Positions 1-12,929 are shown, counted from the first letter of the stretch. The stretch: DNA of 64,000 bases from Mustelus asterias (GCF_964213995.1 NC_135823.1:53010001-53074000), one strand, 5' to 3'. Notes: generated from the sequence alone by a model not told the origin. Numbers and translations are program-made.

Positions 1-10
1 TTGGCCCATC

Positions 11-137
11 GGGCGGGATTTTACGGTCTCGCTCATCCTGAAACCGTAAAATCCCGCCCGAGGTCAATAGAGCTTCCCGTTGTCCGTCCCTCGCCCGCTC
101 CAAATCCCGTGTCAGGCGGGGCGGTGAAATTCCGACC
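11..137. mobile_element. MITE with GGGCGGGATTTT-type TIRs and 3-bp TSD (ATC)
   Basis: ATC at 8-10 and 138-140; perfect 18-bp internal inverted repeat 10-27/43-60. Confidence 0.7.
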
Positions 138-1415
138 ATCGTGCCCATACTGGCTCTCCGAAAGAGCAACTTGACTCAGTGCCATTCTCCTGCACATTGC
201 AACTGAGTTAAAATTCCAAAATGTCCTGGATTTGAACTCCATGTCCTGTTTGTTAATCGATCCGGTGATTTGGCCACCCTGTACCCATCAGAGCAAGCCC
301 CTTTTGGAAGATCCCCTTTTAGGTGTTGGGTTGCCTCCTGCTGGCAGGTCTGAGATCCAGCCCTGTTAGCCAAGCCTGCCCCATGCCCCAGCTCCAGCTT
401 TGTGACAGCAAGAGGTCAAAGGGCAAGAAAGAATAGCTCCTTACTTCAAACAAACATAAAGATTAAAAATGCACTTATCATTAAAGGTCACGCGCCAAGG
501 AAGAGCAAGGGACGGCTTTGGCATTAGCAGTCACTCAGATTCCGTGACCTACTGCCCCTATCTTCCTGACTGGGGCAATGATGAATGTAGCTCAGTGGCC
601 TTGATAGGAGGAAGACACAAAGGGAAAGACTACCGGAGCAAAATAAAAGTAAATAATGGGTAAGAAAAATGTCCTGGCGGAGCAAGGCTTCATTTCCTTT
701 TCTTGTCTGGATTTCATGTGCGGTAACATTTGTTAAGAGCCCACAATAGCCCAGATCCGAGTGTTGAGTGGATTGACACAAACCATGAACAAACAGCAAG
801 TCAAATGATGCCTTGAGTGATGGGAAGCACCTTACTTATCCCAGGCGCTGGCAGCTTGCATTTACAACGAGTGCCTGTGTGTGAGTGTCACTCAGCCAGC
901 ACCCGCGGTTCCCCATTCAGGTAATGTCAACAGCATCATGGACAACAGGAGCCGTCTTTTCATCCGCTGACACGATGTCTCTCCCAATCTGCGTCACTGA
1001 TCTGTAGCCGGCTTTGTGCTGCGGAGCCCACTGATGACAAAGCCTAAATCTGTTTCAATCAGCATCTTTAGTGCGAGGTTCCTCTCTGATCATCTGGATT
1101 CAATGTTGCGTCTTAAAATGGTTGGATCAGACAGAAGCACGCCAGGGCGTTTTTAATGCAACAGGCATGTTTGGGGCTGGTTGTTGGTTTTACACCTCCC
1201 CCCCCCCCCCCCCCCGACTTCAATGTTCAATGTTCCTCGCCATCGGTGGGTTAGATTAAAATGATCTCCAGTTAGCTTTCCTTTCCTTGTTCTGCCATTG
1301 GTATTGTTTTTATTTAGTCCTGAGGTGTGGACATTACCATGTTGCCCATCCCCAGTGACTCTAATTGAAAAGGTGGGGGTGTGCTGCCTTCTTGAACCGC
1401 TGCTGTCCATGTGGT

Positions 1416-1702
1416 CATAAGATCATAAGAAATAGGAGCAGAATCGGGCTATTCGGCCCATCAATCCTGCTCCGCCATTCAACCATGGCTGATTAAGTTT
1501 CTCAACTCTATTTTCCCGCTTTTTCCTTGTAACTTTTGATCCCTTTACCAATCAAGAACCGATCTACCTCTCTCTTAAATACACCCAATGATCTGGCCTC
1601 CACAGCTTTCTGCAGCAATGAATCCCATAGATTCACCACCCTCTGGTTGAAGAAATACCTCCTCATCTCAGTTCTAAAGGGTTGTCCCTTTACTCTGAGG
1701 CT
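1416..1702 (-). mobile_element. CR1 LINE 3' end
   Basis: cataagaaataggagcag tail and RVVNLW-type coding remnant. Confidence 0.8.
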
Positions 1703-1989
1703 GTAGGTACACCCACAATGCTGTTAGGGAGAGAGTTCCAGGATTTCGATGATGAAGGAGCGATGAAGTCATAGGATCATGTGACAAGTCCCACGTGTCT
1801 CTACCTTATCACAAAGTGCCGGCTTAATTGCACACCCAATAACATCATCTCCTGTTACACTAGCTGTTATTTTGCCAGACAATCCTTTTTTAATTCATTG
1901 TGGGACGTGACTGTCGCGGGCTAAGCCAGAATTTATTGCCCATCGCTAACTGCCCACCATTTCAGAGGGCATTTGAGAGGCAGTCCCAT

Positions 1990-2560
1990 TGTTATGAGGC
2001 CACACCTGGAATAGTGCGTGCAGTTTTGGTCTCCTTTTCAGAGGAATTATGTTCTTGCTCTAGAGGGAGTTCAGAGAAGGTTTACCAGACTGATTCCTGG
2101 GATGGCGGGATTGGTGTATGAGGAGAGATTGAGTCGGTTAGGATTGTTTTCACTGGAGTTCAGAAGAATGAGTGGGGGAATCTCATGGAAACCTGTAAAA
2201 TTCTAAGTGGACTAGACAGGGTAGATGCAAGAAGGATGTTCCTGATAGCGGGGGTGTCCAAAGCCAGGGGTCACAGTCTGAGGATACAGGGTAGACTATT
2301 TAGGACTGCGATGAGGAGGAACTTATTCACCCAGAGAATGGTTAGCTGTGGAATTTGCTACCACAAAAAGCAGTTGAAGCATTGTATGATTTAAAGAAGC
2401 AGTTAGATATAGCACTTGAGGCAAAGGGATCAAAGGATATGGGGGGGAAGGCGGGATCAAGCTATTGAGTTGGATGATTAGCCATGATCATAATGAATGG
2501 CGGAGCAGGCTCAAAGCACCAAATGGCCTCCTCCTGCTCCTATCTTCTATGTTTCTATGT
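1990..2560 (+). mobile_element. CR1 LINE 3' fragment
   Basis: QFWSP...LEGVQRRFTRLIPGM remnant plus 3' UTR. Confidence 0.85.
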
Positions 2561-2616
2561 CTGAAATCACATGCAGGCCAGACCAGGTAAGGACAGCAGA
2601 TTTCCTTCCCCAGAAG

Positions 2617-2926
2617 TTAAAGTTTATTTATTCATCACAAGTAAGGCTTACATTAACTCTGCAATGAAGTTACTGTGAAAATCCCCCAGTTGCCACACTC
2701 CAGCGCCTGTTCGGGTACACTGAGGGGGAATTTAGCATGGCCAATGCACCCTAACCAGCACGTCCTTCAGACTGTGCAAGGAACCTGGAGCACCCGGAGG
2801 AAACCCACGCAGACACTGGGAGAACGTGCAGACTCCGCACAGACAGTGACCCAAGCTGGGAATCGAACCCGGGTCCCTGGCATTGTGAAGCAGCAGTGCT
2901 AACCACTGTGCCACCGTACTGCCCCC
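2617..2926 (-). mobile_element. V-SINE with alternative tail (type b)
   Basis: HE1 head and V domain, tail ...cagtaacttcattgcag.gttaatgtaagcc.tacttgtga...aataaataaac. Confidence 0.85.
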
Positions 2927-3136
2927 TAAAGGACATAAGTGAACCAGGTGGATTTTTATAACAATTGACAATAGTTTAAGGTCATCTTAGACTTTTAATT
3001 CCTTTATTGAATTCAAATTTCGAACCCGGGTCCCCAGATCTTGCTCTAGGCCTTTGGATTACTAGCTCAGTGACAATACCACTATGCCATTGCCTCCCGA
3101 ACATTCTAGCCCAACATTTACTGTCCCGTTATCATG

Positions 3137-3510
3137 TGTGTCAGCAATGGCTCAGGTCATTATGGGTTCAAGTCCTACTCTTGAGCACAAGGTTTATATT
3201 CTAGCGCCGCACTGAAGGAGTGCTGCACTGTCAGCAGAGCTATGACATCAAATCAAGGCCCCCTCAGATGGGCGTTGAAAATCCCATGAAGAGTAAGGGA
3301 GTTTATCCCCAGTGATTTGGCCAATGTTTGTTCCTCAACCGACATCAGGAAGCCAGATTATCTGGTCGTTATCATATTGCTGCTTTTTTGGGGCTTGCTG
3401 TGCACACATTAGCTGTCCAATTTCCTGGGTTACCACAGTGTCCATTGGCTGTGAAAGGATGTTGCAATGTCCTGTGGTTATGAAAGGTGCTGTGTAAAGC
3501 GTCTTTCTCA
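3137..3510 (+). mobile_element. ancient Deu-domain SINE (SacSINE1/AmnSINE1-like), L2-type tail
   Basis: ggccaat.ttt.t.cctcaacc / cagattatctggtc.ttatca.attgctg core; related copies near 16.1-16.8, 40.3-40.5, 54.2-54.5 and 62.0-62.3 kb. Confidence 0.65.
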
Positions 3511-4262
3511 TTCCTTTATCACCTCTATAAACCTGAAAAGACCTTTAACCTGCCAATATGACAACTGTAAGCAAAATCTGAAAGTCTTTCTCACGGACGG
3601 AGAAAAGCAGGTACTTTACCCCAGTGTGGAGTACAGCTTACTTCTTTCAAAACCTGGTAAACTCCCAGCAGTAATAGCCATGAAGAATTGCTTGGACACA
3701 GATCGAGATCAATACAATTTCCAAGGGGTTCTTCATGGGTTCACATGAGGGTATTTCTCTTTTGTTCTTCACAGTTCTAGACCCTAAAGCCTTCTCTTGT
3801 CTAACTCTTCTTCACCGGGCTATTTTTGCACCATCTCCCACTTAATTGCAATCTCTATCCTTCCAAGTTTTCTTTGTCTTCCCTCTCCAAATCCTTAACA
3901 GAACTGCATCAAAGGTACTCATCCTATCCTCTATTGAAAGATAAGACTCTTGCTGGTCCCAGGCACAGCAGACACCCTCCAATATTATTCATACGTGTAT
4001 CGTCACTGCAAGTGTATATCGGCTTAGACCGAAGTGAGAAGGCAGCGCGGTTAAGTTTAAAGCGTTCACATGAGAAAGCTTTCCAACAAGGATCCCAAAA
4101 GGCATCACCAAGTGCTTTACAGTTGGTCAAGTTCTTTCAAAGTCTCGCTGCCATTGGAATGCAGGAAACGCGACAGCCAATTTGCTCAGGCTGCAAGCTC
4201 CCAGAAACTGCCGTGCAACAGTGACCAGCTAACCTGCTTTACTGACGTTAACAGGATATTTT

Positions 4263-4588
4263 AGAATCATAGAAGCCCTACAGTTCCGAAGGAGGCCATT
4301 TGGCTCATCGAGTCTGCACCGACAACAATCCCACCCAGACCCTATTTCCATAACCCCACATATTTACCCTGCTAGTCCCCCTGACACTAAGGGTCAATTT
4401 AGCATGGCCAATCAACCTAACCCGCACATCTTTGGACTGTGGGGCGAAACCGGAGCACCCGGAGGAAACCCACACAGACACGGGGAGAATGTGCAGATTT
4501 CGCACAGACAGTGACCCAAGGCCAGAATTGAACCCGGGTCCCTGGCGCTGTGAGGCAGCAGTGTTAACCACTGTGCCATCGTGCCGCC
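4263..4588 (-). mobile_element. HE1-type V-SINE, CR1-like tail
   Basis: tRNA-like head, V domain (GGGTTTCCTCCGGGTGCTCCGGTTTC), gattcta tail. Confidence 0.9.
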
Positions 4589-4810
4589 CGTGACATCACT
4601 TCAGAGATGACAGACCATATCTTCTTTAAAATAGTGCCATAGGGTTATTTACATTCACTGAAGAAAGCAGAGGGAGTCTTTGTTTAATGTCGCCATCTAA
4701 AAGATGGCACTGCCCGTATTGGCAGACAGAGAGCTCAGGGTGACACACCAGCCTTCAAAACCAACTGACTTGTTGACCAGTCAATTGTGAGACAATACCA
4801 CATGATGATA

Positions 4811-5360
4811 GGGCGGCACCATGGCATAGTGGTCAGCACTGCTGTCTCCAGAGGGTGGTGAATCTATGGAATTCATTGCCACAGAAGGCTGTGGAGGCCG
4901 GGTCATTGAGTGTATTTAAGACAGAGATAGATAGGATTTTGATTGGTAAGGGGATCAAAGGTTAAGGGGGAAAGGAGGGAGAATGGGTTTGAGAAACTAA
5001 TCAGCCACGGTTGAATGGTGGAGCAGACTCGATGGGCCTAATTCTGCTCCTCTTCCTTATGGTTTTATGGTCCCACAGGGCCAGGGACCCAAGTTCAATT
5101 CCGGCATTGGGTGACCGTCTGTGTGGAGTTTGCACATTCTCCCCGTGTTGGCGTGGGTTTCCTCCGGGAGCTCCGGTTTCCTCCCACACTCCGAAGATGT
5201 GCGGGTTAGATTGATTGGCCATGCTAAATTGCCCCTTAGTGTCAGGGGGACTAGTGAGTTAATATGTGGGGGGGTTACGGGGATCGGGCCTGGGTGGGAT
5301 TGTTGTCGGTGCAGGCTTGATGGGCCGAATGGCCTCCTTCTTCATTGTAGGGATTCTATG
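4811..5360 (+). mobile_element. HE1 V-SINE interrupted by a CR1 3' end (~4847-5069)
   Basis: Head split between the A-box and B-box by LINE sequence. Confidence 0.8.
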
Positions 5361-5993
5361 CTTCAGAAGCAGTATTAAGCAGTGAGGTTTGATTGCAGCA
5401 AGTGAGGTCTACAAGGCCCACTGTAGTGACCAATTAGCAGTAGAGTTAATTTGGCTGTACAGTGAGAAAAACACACTGTTTAAGGTAGCAGTTTAAGGTG
5501 AGCAGTCTCCCAAATATTTTGCCACTGTTAAACTACGAAAGAGCGTTCTGAGTGGCAACTCTGTCAACAAATAATGCAATGACTCATGTCACCAAGCAAT
5601 GAAAAACAATAAATGTTTCCTACAGATAAAACTGCTGTAAAAAATAACCTGGAAATGACTCATGTGGACAGAAGCTGAGAAATGACTTCAGATATTATCT
5701 TCTTAATGAACCCTCGGGGTGGTTCAGTTACAGAAAGGGCGATCAGGGAACACAGGATGGGGACGGGAACAGCAGGAGTTCATCAAAATTGAAAAGAAAA
5801 AGCTTGCGTTTTTGCAACCCGTTTCACAATCACATCCCAAAGCCAGTGAAGTACTTTCTTAGAAAAAAAGGCACACCAATACAACAGCAAAATACTGCGG
5901 ATGCTGGAAATCTGAAATTAAAAAAAGGGAAGTGCTGGAAAGACGTAGCCGAACTGATCTGTGGAGAGAGAAACTGAGTTAACATTTCAGGTT

Positions 5994-6195
5994 ACAAGCA
6001 AATTACTGCGGATGCTGGAATATGAAACCAAAAGAGAAAGTGCTGGAAAATCTCAGTAGGTCTGGCAGCATCTGTAAGGAGAGAAAAGAATTGACATTTG
6101 ACAAAAGGGGTCGTCTGGACTCGAAACGTCAGCTCTTTTCTCTCCTTACAGATGCTGCCAGACCTGCTGAGATTTTCCAGCATTTTCTCTTTTGG
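5994..6195. mobile_element. Penelope-like fold-back element, family 2 (degenerate hammerhead), 14-bp TSD
   Basis: Inverted arms ~6026-6096 / ~6128-6196; TAACATTTCAGGTT at 5980-5993 and 6196-6209. Confidence 0.7.
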
Positions 6196-6481
6196 TAACA
6201 TTTCAGGTTTTCATTAGAACTTTGAAAGTTTAATAAAAGTTGCAATGTAACAAATCAGAGCAGTCAACTCGTTAGCAATGAGATAGATGGCCAGATAACC
6301 TGCTGCTTATTAAGTGATGTGGGGTGAGGATTGAACAGTAGCCAGAGCAACAAGGTGGACTTGCCTGTTCTTGTTCAATTGATATCACGGGATCTTTCAC
6401 TCCCACCTGAGAGGGCAGGCAATATGCTATAGTTAAGGAAACCCACCAACTCCTCTACTTTCTCAGGAGGCTAAGGAAATT

Positions 6482-6826
6482 CATAGAATCATAGAATCCT
6501 ACAGTGCAGAAGGAGGCCATTCGGCCCATCGAGTCTGCACCAACCACAATCCCACCCAAACCCTATCCCCAGAACCCCACATATTTAACCCGCTAATCCC
6601 TCTAACCTATGCATCCTGGACTCTAAGGGGCAATTTAGCATGGCCAATCAACATAACCTGCACATCTTTGGACTGTGGGGTGGAAGCCGGAGCACCCAGA
6701 GGAAACCCACGCAGACATGGGGAGAATGTGCAAATTCCACACAGACAGTGACCCAAGCCGGGAATTGAACCCAGGTCCCTGGAGCTGTGAGGCAGCAGTG
6801 CTTACCATTGTGCCACCGTGCTGCCC
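6482..6826 (-). mobile_element. HE1 V-SINE, CR1-like tail
   Basis: Full-length family match. Confidence 0.9.
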
Positions 6827-7109
6827 TTTTTCATATCCACTACGATTCTCACCAGCTTTTACAGATGCACCATGTATCACAGCTTGGTATGGCTTCTGCT
6901 CTGACCAAGACCGCAAAGAACTACAAAGGGTTGTGAAAATAGCCCAGTCCATCACGCAAACCAGCCTTCTATCCATTTACTCAGTCTACTCAGTCTCGGA
7001 AAAGCAGTCAGCATAATCAAGAACCCCACACACTCTGACATACTCTCTTCCACCTTCTTCCATCAGGAAAAAGGTACAAAAGTCTGAGAACACATACCAA
7101 CCGACTCAA

Positions 7110-7440
7110 GAGGGTGGCACAGTGGCACTGCAGCCTCACAGCGCCAGGGATCTGGGTTCAATTCCAGCCTTGGGTGATTGTTTGGAGTTTGCACGTTCTC
7201 CCCCTGTCCGTGTGGAATTCCTCTGGGTGCTCCGGTTTCCTCCAACAGTCCAAAGTGTGCAGGTTAGATGGATTGGCCATGGAAAATTGCCCCTTGGTGT
7301 CCAAAGATGAGTAGGTTCAGGGGATTGGCGGGGTAAATATGTGGATTTATGGAAATAGAGCATGGGTAAGTTGCTCTGTCAGAGAGTCGGTCCAGACTCA
7401 ATGGGCCAAATGGCCTCCTTCTGCAATGTGGAGGTTCATT
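7110..7440 (+). mobile_element. HE1 V-SINE (more diverged)
   Basis: Family match. Confidence 0.8.
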
Positions 7441-7871
7441 GAAGAACAGCTTCTTCCCTGCTGCCATCAGAATTTTGAATAGACCTGTCATATATTAAGC
7501 TGATCTTGTTCTACACCCTATCTGTAACTGTAACACTATATTCTGCACCCTCTCCTTTCCTTCTCCTTTAATTACTCTATGAACGGTATGTTTTGTCTAT
7601 ATAGCGCGCAAGAAACAGTACTTTTCACAGTATCCCAATACATGTGACAATAATAAATCAGATCAAAATCAAATTGTCTAAGAGGTAGCACTTTCAACAG
7701 TGTGTCACACCCTCAGCGCTGCACTAAAGTGTCAGTTAACATTAGATGAAGTGGGGCTTAGTTGGACCCACAACCCTCTGACTCAGGAATATATGTTACC
7801 TACTGAGCGCATGGAAAAATGTGAAATAAAACCTGAAATACTCCGATTACATGATGCTAGTGAAATTCCAT

Positions 7872-8060
7872 ACAGATGAAGCAGATACAATAGCAACATT
7901 TAAGAGGCATCTTGACAGATACATGAATAGGCAGGGAATAGAGGGATACGGACCCCGTAGAAGCAAAAGGTCTTTACTTTATAAAGGCGTCATGTGTCAG
8001 CATAGGCATGGTGGGCCAAAGGGCCTGTTCCTGTGCTGTAATGTTCTTTGTTCTTTGTTC
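7872..8060 (+). mobile_element. CR1 3' end
   Basis: TFKRHLDRYM remnant and (TGTTCTT)n tail. Confidence 0.7.
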
Positions 8061-8277
8061 TATCACATTAAAACCCAATGGAGCATTGTTCTAAATATAT
8101 AAGTGAGAGAGAGAGAGAAAGAGAGGGGGGGGGGGGGGAATCTGGGTGAATGGCCAACCATAGAAGCTCAAAAATGAGCAGGATAGAAAGATAATGCCAA
8201 GCTTATGTGGCAAAACCATGGTGTTCTAGGTGGGAGAGATTGTGAAAGGAGGGATGAAATTCTGCCATCTCCACATC

Positions 8278-8580
8278 AGGGGAAGTGGTGACACAGTGGT
8301 ATTGTCACTGGACTACTAATCTGGAGACCCAGGGTCATGCTCTGGGGAACTGGGTTCAAATCCCGAATGGTGAGATTTGAATTCTGCAAACAAAGATCTG
8401 GAATTAAAAGTCTAATGATGACCATGATTCGATTGTCGTAGAAGACCTGCCTGGGTTTCACTAATGTTAGGGAAGAAAGTCAGCCATCTTTACCTGGTCC
8501 ACAGCAATGTGGTTGACTCTTAGTTGCCCTTTGAAGTGGCCTAGCAATGCAATTGGACAAGGGTAATAAATGCTGGCCAT
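8278..8580 (+). mobile_element. tRNA-derived SINE (third family); other copies ~1893-3098 (-, interrupted) and ~45255-45580 (-)
   Basis: A/B-box head (cagtggtattgtcactggact...gggttcaaatccc) and aataaatgctggcc tail. Confidence 0.6.
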
Positions 8581-8785
8581 TGGATTGAAGATTGAAAGGC
8601 AGGAATCTCCATTTCACCACAGGGTGTAGGATAGTAAAGGAGGAGAAGAAAAACAAATAAAAAGAGCAATTTCTGTCATGGTGTTGACACTATTCTCCCT
8701 GGTGCCCTGGGCCAATATTTATCCCTCAATCAATGTCACAAAAACAGAGCTCGCCCCAAGGCCCGAAAATCCCACCTGAGGTTTT

Positions 8786-9031
8786 GTTAAAGTTTATTTA
8801 TTAGTGTCACAAGTAGGCTTAGATTAACACTGCAATGAAGTTACTGTGAAAATCCCCTAGCCGCCACATTCCAGAGTCTGTTTGGGCACACTGAGGGAGA
8901 ATTCAGCATGGCCAATGCACCTAACCGGCGCGTCTTTCGGAGGAAACTGGAGCACCCGGAGGAAACCCACGCAGACACGGGGAGGATGTGCAGACGCCGC
9001 ACAGACAGTGACCCAAGCCGGGAATTGAATC
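8786..9031 (-). mobile_element. V-SINE type b, nested in a MITE within a Deu-type SINE
   Basis: Family match; flanks continue the MITE and Deu-SINE sequence. Confidence 0.8.
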
Positions 9032-9957
9032 CGGCCAATGGACTTTTGCATGGTTCCTGCGGCAGTTCCCGTGGCGGACAGGATGGGAAAATTCCACCCA
9101 GATGGTCTGGTCATTCTCACATCACTGTCTGTGGGAGCTTGCTGTGCACACGTTGGCTGCTGTCTGTCCGACATTGCAGCGGTGACGCCATTTCAAAAGA
9201 GTTTCATTGGCTGAATAGCACCTTGACACAGGCTGAGATCCATATATAAATGCAAGCTATTCTTTATTACTTTAAAAGAGCCAGTGTAGGTGAGATGGGC
9301 CGAATGCCCTCCTCCATTGCATCATTCTATAGTTCTGTCACTCCGCGAATTCCACGTATCAAGATACCCTTCAGATGGACATTCATTGTAATGTCAATAA
9401 AGGCCCATTGGATAAAGCAGTGCAGTGCATCTGTAGGCATTCCAGAAATGCTTTCAGTTGTGCTGGGAGGTGTGGACAGCCATTATATCAAAGAGAATAA
9501 CTCACATATCCACTGGGATCAAAAGAACTAACAGAGAGAAACAGCAACATTGCAATCAGAGGCGAGAAAAATAAGCTCCCTTTGCATCAACCACAGGAAT
9601 TATATTACAGATAAATAATATAGCAAGATATAGAAAGGACTGGAATTCAATTATGTCCTTGCTTCAAGGCTGGGAAGGACTTTATGGAATAGATAAACAT
9701 TACATAATTAACTACAGTTATCATAATGGCAATCTGAGGGCATGGAACTGAAGGAATGATCTAGGTCAAACCATCTCTTAGGCAGAATTTGCAATAGCTT
9801 TGTAAATCTGAGCAGGAATACGTGCTAAGGGAGAAAACAATGTTTATTGTATCTGTAAAACCAACGTCAAGGGTATAAGGGTAAAGACAAAAAAAATTGG
9901 ATTAAAATGGAAATGGAAAATGCTGGAAATTAAGATCTATATCAAAACCCAATTAGA

Positions 9958-10266
9958 CAGCATGGTGGCACAGCGGTTAGCACTGCTGCCTCACAGCGCC
10001 AGGGACCCAGGTTCAATTCCAGCCTTGGGTCAGTGTCTGTACAGAGTCTGCACATTTTCCCTGTGTCTGCGTGGGTTTCCTCCAAGTGCTCCAGTTTCCT
10101 CCCACACTCCAAAGACATGCTGGTTAGGTGCATTGGCCATGCTGAATTCTCCCTCAGTGTACCCGACAGGCGCCAGAGTGTGGCGACTAGGGTGTTTTCA
10201 CAGTAACTTCATTGCAGTGTTAATGTAAGCCTACTTGTGACACTGATAAATAAACTCAAGTTTAAA
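9958..10266 (+). mobile_element. V-SINE type b
   Basis: Family match. Confidence 0.85.
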
Positions 10267-11207
10267 ACACAGACCTGGAATGTTAACCTCTCTTCCTGTT
10301 TCACAGATGCTACCAGATCTGCTGCACTCACAGGCATTTCCTCTTTTTAATTCCAATTTCCAGCATCCACACAATGGGCTGAACGATCTCCCCCTGAGCT
10401 CTAATTCTTAATGATTCATATCATTAGCCAGGAAGTGGGGTGATTAGAATAGCCCTTCCAAAATGCCGGGACATTCACACAAGCCAATTGCCCTCCTGTG
10501 CCGTATCATTCCATGATTCTATGATTCCATGAAGTGCCACATATCAAGATACCCACCAGGTGCTTACCAGTAACCTTTCAAGGCAATTAGAGATGGTCAA
10601 TAAATGCCAGTCTTGCCAGCGATGCCCGAGGACTGAGGAAAATTCATCGTCATGTCAATAGGACCCGTTGGGCGCATCAATGCCTAGGGTGGCTATCCAT
10701 GGTTACAAAGCTCAGATACAGGACTGCATTTACTTTGGCCATTTCTGCCTGAAATTATACAGGCTCACTGTGAAAAATGGGGCAAAGTTAGGTGGCATCG
10801 CTCCCTTCCTTCAAGGTGAAACCACCCTCATTTTGCTCACTGCTAGTGGCAGGTAGTAGGGCCAAGACCAAGTATCAGGCCTATTTTTCTCTCTGATTCC
10901 CTCTCTCTTCCACCATCATTCAGAAGTATTGGTCACACTGGGGTAGCAGCAGTAGGGGCCTAGAACTTTCCAAATGGAGGAAAGATAGAACATCTCTCCT
11001 GCCTCTAATGCAGCTCCCAGCAAGTTCCTCAGCCTCAGTTTTGCCAAGAGAAGCAAAGATGTGTGGTTTCTGCATCTTTTGAGCTCTGGCAATGGATCTC
11101 TTGGCCCGTACCATATTGGACTGTTGGACTATATTATCAGTTCCAACGTCTGGAGTGGGATTCGAACCCACAATCTTCTGACTAAGTCTGAGACTACTAA
11201 GAGGATT

Positions 11208-11395
11208 TTTGATTTGATTTGATTTATTATCGTCACATATATTGGGATACTGTGAAAAGTATTGTTTCTTGTGCACTATGCTGACAAAACATAACGTTCA
11301 TAGAGTACATGGGGGAGAAGAAAAGGAGGGGTTGCAGAATATAATGTTACAGTCATAGCTAGAGTGTAGAGAAAGATCAACTTAATGTATGGTAG
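11208..11395 (-). mobile_element. Rex1/Babar 3' tail
   Basis: Reverse complement of the Rex1 tail (tttgatttgatttattat). Confidence 0.7.
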
Positions 11396-11529
11396 TTGAA
11401 AAGAGATAGAGTTCAGTTTTAAGAGCATAGAACGAGAATAAAAGATGGAATGAGAGGATATGCTGGGGACAGCTCACAAGAAGTCACCTCGCTCTGGCGC
11501 CATCTTGAATCCTGGCTGACAGTTGATGG

Positions 11530-11851
11530 GGGCGGCACGATGGCACAGTGGTTAGCACTGCTTCCTCACAGCGCCAGGGACCCGGGTTCGATTCTGGCCT
11601 TAGTCACTGTCTGTGTGGAATTTGCACATTCTTCCCATGTCTGCATGGGTTTCCTCCGGGTGCTCCGGTTTCCTCCCACACTCCAAAGATGTACAGGTTA
11701 GGTTGATTGGCCATGCTAAATTGCCCCTTCGTGTCAGGATTAGCAGGGTAAATACATGGGGTGAGGGGAATAGGACCTGTGTGGGATTGTGGTCGTGCAG
11801 ACACGATGGGCTGAATGGCCTCCTTCTGCACTGTAGGGATTCTATTCTATG
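11530..11851 (+). mobile_element. HE1 V-SINE, CR1-like tail
   Basis: Full-length family match. Confidence 0.9.
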
Positions 11852-12929
11852 AAAGGGACAGCATTAGGTGCAGCTGGTGCGACTTCCTACCCTGTTCTCT
11901 GGATAATATCAGCATGCAGCTTATGGTACAAAAAGATTCACTGCACTTTCCAACAGGTTTTACTCCACTGGGCTACTGCGTTGAATGAAGAAATGCAATT
12001 TTAATTGCCCAGAAATCTCAAACTGAGACCTTATCATGAGGGATTCATTCACTGTGCTTTAGACCCTGGTGTGGTGAAGTCAGACTTTTCTGTATAAACT
12101 CTGAGGTTGCTCATCAGTCATTTGAAACACGTTCATTGAATTTTTGACCTTTTACCTAATCTTGGATCATGGACAGACTCAGTCAAGAATGGTTAGCATT
12201 CTTGGAAATTTCAAAAAAAAACCTCACTCCAATTTTAGAATATATTTAATTGGGCAGAATCTTGGGGAGGTGACAGGGGTTTTGGCCTTTGGCTAGAGAA
12301 CTGACAAGACCTCCCACCTTCCCTCGTTTCCGGAAAGCCCAATCATGTGCCAAGCAGACACTTGGCATGTCAGCAGTGAGACTTCCCCCCCTGGGATCGA
12401 GACCTGGAGTTGGGGCTGGGGGATGAGACCTGCAGCTCTATTCGATTGCAGTGCCCCCGGGGAGGAAGTGGCTGCTACCGGATACTCAGCAGAGGTTTAG
12501 GATCATTGCCTGACCCAGAAGAGGGTGAGCAATGGGGTTGGGGTGGTGGGAGATAAGGGGAGGGTGGCCAGTAGCAAGGGGCGGGTGGTTGCCATTCTGC
12601 TGTTCCTCTCTTCCTGATGCCAAGTGCCGCATTTAGACACCGAGTCTTTCTTTGATTCTCCCCCCCAGAAGCCGGCCAGTAAACACACCAGAGTTTGCCT
12701 GTTGCCCCTCCCACATGGCAGACTCCCCATCCGCCACTGGGTTAATACTGGGTTAAGTGGGCATCAATGCCCAACTGAGGGCCTCAATTGGAAGATTATA
12801 CATGAACCTTCCCAGCACAGATATAATCGGGGTGGAGGTGGGCAGGTGGCCAATTCCCCTCCTGCCCGTTTAACTATGCCCTCGCCACCACCAAACTCAC
12901 CACAGGGTAGGACATAGCATTTCTTTTAG

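Larger units (their letters stand above)
6435..7672 (+). mobile_element. Rex1/Babar LINE 3' fragment interrupted by two V-SINEs
   Basis: Segments collinear with the 19958-20660 copy, separated by SINE insertions. Confidence 0.75.

Noticed and set aside
3826-4224. 132-aa ORF
   Set aside because: Non-ATG start, no recognisable domain, and it overlaps a decayed SINE tail.
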